A stretch of 64,000 nucleotides of DNA, taken from assembly GCA_002269645.1 (NCBI GenBank), contig NIVC01002598.1, forward strand, positions 58,676 through 122,675, in the 5' to 3' direction. The position numbers and the translations under genes are program-made. Shown piece by piece: positions 54,866 through 64,000 of this stretch; position 1 is the first letter of the stretch, and each line of letters opens with the position of its first letter. Under the pieces are notes generated by a model, which was not told where the DNA came from, made no database searches, and saw nothing but the letters and a program-made list of their open reading frames with translations. Origin of the DNA: Macrostomum lignano (taxonomy: Eukaryota).

Positions 54866-56710
54866 AACTTCCTGTTGTCCGACACTAAAGTCCATGGCAG
54901 GCCCTGGCGCGCGAAGATCTCGCGGAGACAGCCGATTGTCGTGGTCGACGTCATGCTGGTCAGCTGCTTCATCTCCGGCCACTTGCTGTCCGCGTCGATA
55001 AGCACCAGAAAAGTGCGTCCGTCCACTGGCCCATCAAAGTCGACGTGCAGTCTGGACCATGGCTCGGATGGGAAGGGCCATGGGTGCACTGGCGAATTGG
55101 GTGGATCAGCCCGGCTGGTTTCACATGCTCTGACGGTCCAGCCCAGGCCACCACACGTAGCTGCATGCGCGCGAGCGCTCCCATGCGGCTAGCCCCAGGA
55201 TGATCGAGCTTAATGCAGTACGCAGAGGACCATCGGGCGGAGTGCGGACGGAACGAAGGCCCTCGATCCCGAGAATCTTGGAAGAACAGGCACTTGGCCT
55301 TGTTTAGTCGAAGGCCAGCGTCCTGAAGACGCTGCAGCACTCTAGTTAGGTTCTGTTTGTGCTGCTTGCCTGTGACGAGAATTTCGTCGACGAACACCTT
55401 GTCGTCTCAATAGATCACCCAATAGCGCTTGCAGAGTACGCTGGAAGATGGCGCTGGCCGAGTTAATGCCGAAGGGCAGTCTATTGAGTTGAAACAAGAC
55501 TCTCGATGTTTTGATGACTAGGTAGGCACGGCTCCCCTCGGACATTGGCAGCTGCAAAAACGCGTTCGATAAGTCGAGTTTTGTCTATTTGCATCTTAAT
55601 AATCTGCTTGACGAAGATGTCCTCTAATCCGTGGCAATGGATAGTGCTCAGGCTTGGCCGCGGCGTTGAAGGTGAACTTTGTATTCGCCGCAAATGCAAA
55701 TATCGCCGTTTGCCTTCACCACCGGGATGATTGGAGCAGCCCAGTTTGAATTCTTGATCTGCGATGATGCCCTTGGCCTCGAGTCGTATCAGCTCCTCGT
55801 CCTCTCGTCATCAGTGATTACGGCACATGGCCTGGCTTTGAAGAATCGAGGCATGGCCTGCTCGTCCACCTGCAGTTTGACTTCGCCGTGGCGATACCAC
55901 CCAAGTCCGTCAGCGAAGACTTCAGAGAACTGCTGCATCACTAGGGGGTTGCGGAGCTGGAGCTGACTGAGTTGACCTGAGCCACGAGCCTGGATGTGAT
56001 ACCACCCAATCCGTCAGCGAAGACTTCAGAGAGCTAGCTGCTGCATCAGGTGGTTGCGGAGCTGGAGCTGACTGAGTTGACCTGAGCCATGATTGCCTGC
56101 CAGTCCAACCTTAGTCGAGCCATCCAATCTCGTCCAAGAAGATCGACATTGGGTCTTTTCATATTACCAATTCCAGAACCAGAATCGGTTCGGAATTCCA
56201 AGAAAAACAGCAGTATAACTATTAAACTCTGTTCATATTTGACTGGCTTAACAACCTAACTTAGCACAATTTTTCACTTTCTTCTTGGCGATTGTCATTC
56301 AATAATAAAAACTTTATAGCACGTATCTCCCTCTAGTTATGGAGACAAAAAGTTATACTTCACAAATTGGTTCTGGTTCTGGAACCAGAGCAAGCAATAT
56401 GAAAAGGCCCATTGCCCTGAGAGACACGAGCGGTGGAAGAATTTGGTTCTAGCCGTTATAACTCACAGAGACCCTTGAATCGCCCAGCAGTTTGAACTGC
56501 TCGTTGGGGTACGTGCGCATGAGCACCATCGTGGTGGACTGTATAGGCAAGTCCTGGAAGCCTCTCGTCCGCCAACCTCTTCCCGCCAATCAACGTGATG
56601 GCTGACCTGGTGTCTAGTTCAAACGGACAACTGCGACCGTCGATATCTAGCGTTACCGTCAGGGATCGGTTTGATCGAGGTCCAACGGAAAGAATCCCGA
56701 GCAGCAAAAT
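54866..56710 (-). mobile_element. Decayed Ty3/Gypsy LTR retrotransposon pol
   Basis: Protease (FELDTRSAITLI...LLGRDW), RT (WAAPIIPVVK, KLDLSNAFLQL, RLPFGINSASAIFQR, FVDEILVTG, LRLNKAKC) and integrase (PWSRLHVDFDGP, LIDADSKWPE, IFARQGLPWTLVSDN). It has many stops and frameshifts, the RNase H region is missing, and no LTRs were identified. Confidence 0.9.
56151..56410. mobile_element. PIF/Harbinger-like MITE, 260 bp, inserted in the Gypsy protease
   Basis: 15-bp TIR GGGTCTTTTCATATT / AATATGAAAAGGCCC with one mismatch, and a 3-bp TSD ATT (56148-56150, 56411-56413). Excising it restores the in-frame protease end RGNVDLLGRDW. Confidence 0.88.
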
Positions 56711-57498
56711 TACATATCCAATAGAAAGTTCGACGTCTCCGATACGTAACTTTTTGGTTGCAGGAACGTCCCTGATACGTATCCAATTTTTATGATCCTC
56801 TAGAAAGGCTCGTTTCTACAAAAATGGTGGAATAAAAAATAAAAAATAATACGAGCATCATCTGTTTACCACCTGACTCTCACCGGAGTCAGAAAATGTC
56901 AGACTAGCGCTCGCGTCTCGCGTTGATGAACCACCCGGTTTGTTTGATTTTTACGACGTGACTTGTGCCCTGGAATGTCTTATTGTAATTTTAGCGGCAA
57001 TTTGATTTGCACCGACAAAAAACTTTAATTAATTTATCGTAACGTAATAAAGTGTTTCAAATCTGACGTCTGAATCTGAGAACTGACCAGGCCACTCCTT
57101 ACTCCACTCTAAGATGATTTAAGAATAAGCTAGGCCTATGCTATATCAATTTAAGCTCATGTTCATGTAAAAAGCAGCAGTACGGTCAGGACTTCGCTGG
57201 CACCACTAGGGAATTTGCAAGCGAAAAGCTTTGATTAATATTAATAAAATCCACCTGTCCCCTACCTATACGACTCTACATAGGCCTACGTTCCTCAGAC
57301 TCAGAGAATGTACTCAGGCAACAGAGTCTAAGTTTGCTGTGATTTTTATTGCCTATTGGCCTACTATCAATTTTCAACTCTTCAATTATAATAATAATAG
57401 TAAACCTAGAATCTAGATCTTTTTTAATTTTTTTAACACCTGAATGGCTGAATTTATTTAATGTATATGTATTAACTTAGAAATAATAGGTGGAGACA

Positions 57499-60400
57499 AT
57501 GGAAAAGTCAAAGCAGACTACACGAAAAGATGAAAATGGTCTTGAGGTAAGAGCAAAATTTATACCTTGACTAGATTGCCTTTATATTGATTGACTTAAA
57601 CTAGGGGCCTATGTTATGCCATCTAGCTAGATGTATGAATGAGTAAAAATTTTAGCCATTTTAATCATTTTTATAGTGGGATAATTGTGGTTATTAGTAG
57701 GCCCTATAGTATGGGCTATTGATTTAATCTAACTGAACATTTTATATTTTATTTCTAGATGAGGATCAGGATTATGTAGTAGTATATACCAAATCAAGAA
57801 TCTTATCTCAGCTAAATGTATGCCAATGTATGTCAAAAACAAAAAAGTATCTAAAATGTATGCCATAAGTTCTTTTTTAAAAAGGTCATTTGGTTTTCAA
57901 AAGTAGAGATTCCTAAGAAAGGCTTTCATATAAAGAGTTTTTTTAAATATAAATATTTTCATTTTAAACAAACTTAGATTATACCTATAGAAAGAATGAA
58001 TGCAAAATTCACATTCTTAGCAATAGTTTATACTAATTTTGTTCATTGTTGATTTTAAAGAAGCAATAGTTTATTATCAGTTCCGAGTCACTTCGTCATT
58101 TGCCATTTCGTCATCTGGGGTGTCTGGGCTGCTCACCTTGACTAGGGTCACTTTGTCATCTTAATTTGCATGCACTACCTCAAGAGAGTCATTTCATCGT
58201 CTACTAATCATAGTAGTTTCAACTTCCTAGTGAATTTATGTTGCAATTAAACATATTTACTTGGAATCCTAATGATACCAGTCATTTTGTCATCTCGATT
58301 GATAAAACCTGTCAATCTATTGGTTCTGCTTGCCGCAGCTTATACGCGTAATTAATAAAGACAAAAATAGTTTACACTAACTCAAATCTCACACAGATTG
58401 ATGGGTTGATGACAAAGTATCCAGCATAAATAAATATTTGGTCATTTTGTAATATTATTTTTTCAAAGCTACTTTGCTTCTGGTCACTTCGTCATCCAAT
58501 ATGACAAAATGGAATATGACAATCTGACCAGTGACCTTATAATTATCAAATTTTTAGACTATATAAATTTTCCTTTATTTTGTACTCATATAAAAACATT
58601 AATTTACATAACAATTTTAATGCTCGGCATAAAAAGACTAGAAAATTTAAGTACATAGATTTTAAAATGAAGACTTTAAAAAAAGACAATAACTAAATAA
58701 TTAATCCCATATATTTATATGAAACCAATAAGCCAGAATTGGATTTTTATATAAAATCCTAGGCCCTAGCCATACTTTGGATCATATAGCCATTATAGGC
58801 CCCCTTGTATATGAATAGTTAGGCATGCACAATTAGTATATATATGGTATATTTAGATTATTCCAAAAAACAATGTGCATACATATCTAGTGTATATATA
58901 TACCAGGTGTGCACTTTATAGAATCACATAAAATATTTAGTTGAAGTGACAAAAGATTGAAAAGTTCATTTTAAGGCATTAATTTCAAGCTTTCCCCAGT
59001 TTTTAAGCTCATAAAAAGGCATTTTAACAAATGTTTGTACATGTCATGTTTTTAAAAATTCAACCAAATTATTAGCCAAAAGGGTCTTTTATACAGAAAG
59101 GTAATTTATTATTGCAATCCTAGCCTATAGATTTGAGAGTATGGGCATGCCATGTATCCAAATTTTTTTGGTATGCATTTGTAACTATTTAATTTTTGTT
59201 TAAGTGTGCACCTAGCATGATTTAAACTATAGAATTACAGATATATTCCATGCACTATGACAAAAATTGTGCATTTGCACACACATATTTGGCAATTTTG
59301 AGTGACTCTAAAAGGTTTATATATAGATTTTATTTGTTTAAAAAATTTGAATGATTTCTTTTGAAAATATTGAATATTGCATTTGTTGCAATAAAACATA
59401 GTTATTGCATTGAAAAGCAAAGCCATTAAGCATTACATTGACATCAAAAGATATTTATAAAATTTATTTTTATGTATTTGTTTAAACTTTATAAGAAATT
59501 TTAAAAATTAACCATTTTTTGTCAAAATTTATGAAATATCTAAACTACACATATTTATACTTTTAAAAGTTGATTGAAGCCTAAATACTGCCTCTGTTAA
59601 TGTTCATAATTAATTGTAACAAAAATACAAGTAAAATGTATGAACATTTAACATAGAAATAATAAATAAATAAAGAAAAGAAAAAGAAAATAACAACTGT
59701 GTAATAATAGAAAAGTATTAAGTTCTTTAAAACAAACTTTTTTAGGCACTAACAATTTTTTGTCTTTTTTCAACTTGTATAGTATAAAATGTTGTTTTAG
59801 AGCATTATAACTATGTAAGATTTTATTGCTCTGCTATAAAGCATTTCTTATGCTTTTTGTAGGTGTCATGATTTGCTGTAAAAGTTTTTGTATTGGTCTA
59901 ATCAAATTTTGCATTATTTTTATTTTTTTCAGTTTTAAGGTGGAGACTTTTTGTGTTCTGTTTTGATGGAAATACCCAGATAATATATAGATACCAGCAG
60001 TATTTGGCACTTAATGAAAATCTTAACTTGTACTAATGGCAAAAGCATTAGCATTAGAACAAAAATATTAACTCATTAACTCTTAATTTCATTAAGTTAA
60101 CTGAAAGTCAACTGATAATTATTAAATGTTAATCTGTTAAAGTTAACACAGTTAATATAGAAATCTTGCACTTCTTTTTTCAAAGCAGACTTCACAATGC
60201 ATTGTCTTTGTTAAAATGTATTTTTTTAGCAAAACACAGAGGTCATCCTTTGAGGTCGAGGTTGTTCTTAAAATCTTTGCATCTTTTGGTCATTGACATT
60301 ATCATTTATGTTAAAAATGAATTTATCATTAACTTACAAAATTATTAATGCAAATTCATTAATCCATTAGTGAGAAAATCTGAATGGCAGTCCAATAATG

Positions 60401-63400
60401 TCAATGAAAAATCTTCACACTTATCAGTGCTTATTAGCAGATTAATGCTTATTAACAAACTGGTGCCCAACACTGGATACCAGTGCCAAGATTGTGTACC
60501 AGTGTATGCCAGAATGAAATTTGCTTCCCTATCTTCTTCAGCTAGTTTGTCAAGGCTTATGCAATATAAGATTTCAAAATCTATGGGCTTTTAAGGTTTA
60601 TAACATAGGTTGTAGGTAAGAAATTTTTCAATGCTAAAGAGATTAAATATTTTTAAAAAATTGTATTTTTTAAATAATCATGATTTGGGTAAAAATTAGC
60701 TGACTGAATTCTAAGATTTTAATGGGATGATAGCTTTTTATCATCAGTTTATTGGCTAAATTGTGACTCCAACTTTAATTGTGTCTTTATAAAATAAGAT
60801 TCTCTTGCCATATGGTAGCATAGCACAAGATTGCATTGCAACTTTATTATATTAGACTTAATTTAAATTGTTACCATGTAGTTGCACACTAACTTGACTG
60901 ACTGACTAAGAAATTGGTTATGTTATAGCTGCCTACTATAAATTTTTTACTTAAACTGACTTGATATGAGAACAATTTTATAACTGATAAAAATCATGTC
61001 ATTGGTTAATCAGGAACTAGCCTAGATGTTTATAGGTAGTCTGTGTTTTAGCTTTGATTTCCTAAAGTTTTTTTAAACTCAAAATGTACTTAACAAACTT
61101 AAATAAATGAATATAACAAGTATATGGGTAAGTAAATGTGGTAAGCCACTATAATATAGACAATGGTAGGTGAAATGTCATCTATCAAATGTGAAACCAC
61201 ATGTTCACACTAGCTGGGATTTACACTAACCCTTCAATTTTATCAGACTTTTTTCTTCACTATTGTAGAGTCTGGCCGAAGTGTTCAGCTGCTTCATCTG
61301 CATGGAGCGACTCCGGGATGCCAGACTCTGTCCGCACTGCTCTAAGCTGTGCTGCTTTGTCTGCATCTGTGTAAGCGAACAGTAATTCATTTTGTATGCT
61401 CAACTTTTAATTAATGCAGTTTTTAGCTTGGAAATATTGGGAAAGTTGGGGGCCCACTTTTTCATTTAGAAATTCCCGAAAGCTTTCAAGAATGTTGATC
61501 GCTAATGAACAGCGATCTGCTTTTAGCAAGCCTGCATTATCTGTCCTTAAGTGCAGTTGTTATGAAATTTTAATGGCAGCATAAGACCGCATGTTAATTT
61601 ACCATTCCAGCGTTGGATCACCGAACAGAGGCCTCAGTGTCCGCATTGCAGGTAAATAGACGCTTATATTTAAATAATTTATTATTCTAAGGAAGCAAGA
61701 GTAAGTAGCTCAGTGGGTGCCTCGTCAGCCTTGAGCCTGTGTACATATCCGTGCTCTGGGGTCAACGGAATGGACATGCAGACTGCTTGCTTCCTCGCTG
61801 ACTGTTGTCCTTGATTTGCTAAGCAGCCTATTATGGCTCTTATTGATTGGCACTATAATGTAATTGGACTTGTTTCAGAGCCCGCCTACGCATCCAGGAT
61901 CTAGTGAAGTGCCGCTGGGCTGATGACGTCACCTCTCAGCTGGACCAGCTGCAGAATCAGCCGCCAAATTCGGCCCGTTCAGCTTCCAGCGGAGCCTCGA
62001 CGTCCAGCGTAGGCGGCGCCGTGGGCGCAGCGGCGGCGCCGGTCCCGACAGCGGCGCTGTTAGCGGCGGCGCCACGGCCAGCGATCAGTGCGAGTCGCAC
62101 AAAGAGAAACTGTCAGTATTCTGCCAGTCCTGCCAGCTGTCGGTGTGTCACAAGTGCGCCCTATTCGATGCCAGACACGCGCAGCACAAGTTCGAGCCGC
62201 TAGACAGCGTCTACGAGAATCACGTCAGGCGCGTGCAGGAACGGGTGGATCAGCTAAAACGACGCAATATGGAATTGACGGCTATGATACAGGAAGTTGT
62301 GAGTTGGTCAAAAAATGTCAAGTTAAACTACTCTCGATTCAGTAGTATGCTGTAATAATTGCACTTTATCCAGATCTCTTATCAGCGCGACTGGTTCGTC
62401 AGTGGCCAATAATAATAAAAATTATTTTTTTATTACTTATCAGCCTACACTACTGTTAGTAGAAATAGGAGTAAAACAGAAATAATAAAATGATTTTTAA
62501 TTAGTTATGTAGTTGATTATAGTAAATATACGTTTTTTCGTCCTTTTTAACTATACAATTTGATTTAATTTTCCAGGAAAAGAACATGGAGTCGGTGAAA
62601 CAGGCCAAGGACGAACGGGTTCGAGAGATTCGCAACGCAGTCGAACTGATGATCACCCGGCTGGATAGCCAGCTCAAGGCTAAGCTGGTCACATTAATGA
62701 CCCAACGGAATCATCTAGTGCAGGAGACTGAACTGCTCGAGGCTCTGCTCAATCAGGTTGAATACAAGGTCTGCATGCTGTCTAAGAGTCAATTAATAAC
62801 AAAATCTGCCGAAATTCTCACCTTGTTCAACGAGATTCACAGGTAATGACAATTATATAAAAAATTACTCAACCTTATTTAGCAAACTTTTCCTGTGCAA
62901 TTCTGTTTTGGATACTCAAATTTTTTTGTAACGAGGGTGATAAACCACCTGTCACCAGGTAGGGCTAATACTCGTACCCCTCTCACCAGGTAGCGGTATG
63001 ACCCGTGTCACCAGGTAGGGCTATGACCCCTGTCACCAGGTAGCGGCTATGACCCGTCACCAGGTAGGGCTATGACCCCTGTCACCAGGTAGCGCTATGA
63101 CCCGTGTCACCAGGTAGGCTATGACCCCTGTCACCAGGTAAGCTATGACCCGTCACCAGGTAGCGGTATGACCCGTGTCACCAGGTAGGGCTATGACCCC
63201 TGTCACCAGGTATGGCTATGACCCCGTCACCAGTCGAGCTATGACCCCTGTCACCAGGTAGGCTATGACCGTCACCAAGTCGAGCTATGACCCCTGTCAC
63301 CAGGTAGCTATGACCCGTCACCAGTCGAGCTATGACCCTGTCACCAGGTAGGGCTATGACCCCTGTCACCAGGTAGGGCTATGACCCCTCACCAAGTCGA

Positions 63401-64000
63401 GCTATGACCCCTGTCACCAGGTAGGGCTATGACCCCTGTCACCAGGTAGGCTATGACCCCTGTCACCAGGTAGGGCTATGACCCCTGTCACCAGGTAGGG
63501 CTATGACCCCATCACCAAGTCGAGCTATGACCCCTGTCACCAGGTAGGGCTATGACCCTGTCACCAGGTAGGGCTATGACCCCTGTCACCAGGTAGGGCT
63601 ATGACCCCGTCACCAAGTCGAGCTAGGATAACTCTCTAGAATAATAAAAATTCTCCCCCCAACAGGCAGCCAATGGGCAGTTTCGTGAGCGCCCCAGTGC
63701 CGGCCGAATTCCAATCGGAGATTGTGCCCCAGTACGACAGCAGCACGTTTCGCATGGAACAGTTCAGCCAGCTGCAGCAGAGAGCAGATCCGGTATATAG
63801 CGATCCGCTGCTGGTTAGCGGCCTGAGCTGGCGTCTAAAAGTCTATCCTGATGGCAATGGAGTTGTGCGCGGCAACTACCTGTCAGTGTTCTAGAGCTCA
63901 CTGCCGGCCTGCCAGAGACTAGCAAATACGAATATCGAGTAGAGATGGTGCACAGCAGTCTCGCGATCCCACTAGGAATATTGTCCGCGAATTCGCGTCT
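57499..64000 (+). CDS. TRIM37: E3 ubiquitin ligase TRIM37 (RING, B-box, coiled coil, MATH), 5' part; continues beyond the window
   Basis: Exons: 57499-57546, 61269-61370, 61611-61651, 61879-62298, 62577-62842, 63666->64000. Sequence includes [49 protein letters not shown]-box [26 protein letters not shown], and [29 protein letters not shown]. The match needs 1-nt insertions near 62025, 63891 and 63953. Confidence 0.93.
58086..58529. mobile_element. Possible degenerate TIR element in TRIM37 intron 1
   Basis: AGTCACTTCGTCATTTGCCATTTCGTCAT matches the reverse complement of ATGACAAAATGGAATATGACAATCTGACC at about 22/29 positions, with internal GTCATTT(C)GTCATC motifs. No TSD. Confidence 0.4.
62950..63625. 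repeat. About 25-bp minisatellite in TRIM37 intron 5
   Basis: Unit CCCTGTCACCAGGTAGGGCTATGAC, about 27 copies with many 1-nt length variants. Confidence 0.94.

Noticed and set aside
57759-57776. Possible extra TRIM37 micro-exon after TTTCTAG (ATGAGGATCAGGATTAT)
   Set aside because: Exon 1 already joins exon 2 in phase and matches the known N-terminus (E|SLAEVF). The downstream donor is weak and the segment would break the frame.
61977-62081. A tiny intron explaining the TRIM37 exon-4 frame change
   Set aside because: The plausible donors (GTAGGC 62009, GTGGGC 62021) give the wrong length modulo 3 with every nearby AG. Only a poor GTCCAG donor fits, and two similar 1-nt losses occur downstream.

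Overview
Eukaryotic (metazoan, invertebrate) genomic DNA with GC-rich exons and AT-rich or repeat-filled introns. The style resembles a free-living flatworm such as Macrostomum, but that is inference only. I reconstructed five spliced genes by hand, using GT-AG sites with consistent phases. (1) A complete CPT1 carnitine O-palmitoyltransferase (minus, 8297..86, 9 exons, 769 aa) with its catalytic His on a 26-nt micro-exon. (2) A complete PITPNM/rdgB lipid-transfer gene (plus, 22314..41070, 14 exons, about 1250 aa). (3) A probable 4-exon orphan gene (minus, 46162..42114, about 550 aa), with a solo-LTR-like element just upstream. (4) A 3-exon ankyrin-repeat gene (plus, 50176..52836, 515 aa). (5) The 5' part of TRIM37 (plus, from 57499, running off the window), with three 1-nt frameshifts that look like consensus errors. 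Mobile DNA includes a dead 3.7-kb hAT with an 8-bp TSD nested in an older inverted-repeat element, hAT-, MULE- and Harbinger-type MITEs with TSDs, a tRNA-derived SINE family, a CORE-type SINE, and a decayed Gypsy element joined to a mariner remnant. The most striking pattern is that most introns carry their own, mutually unrelated, highly homogeneous minisatellite. No CRISPR, rRNA or functional tRNA gene is supported.
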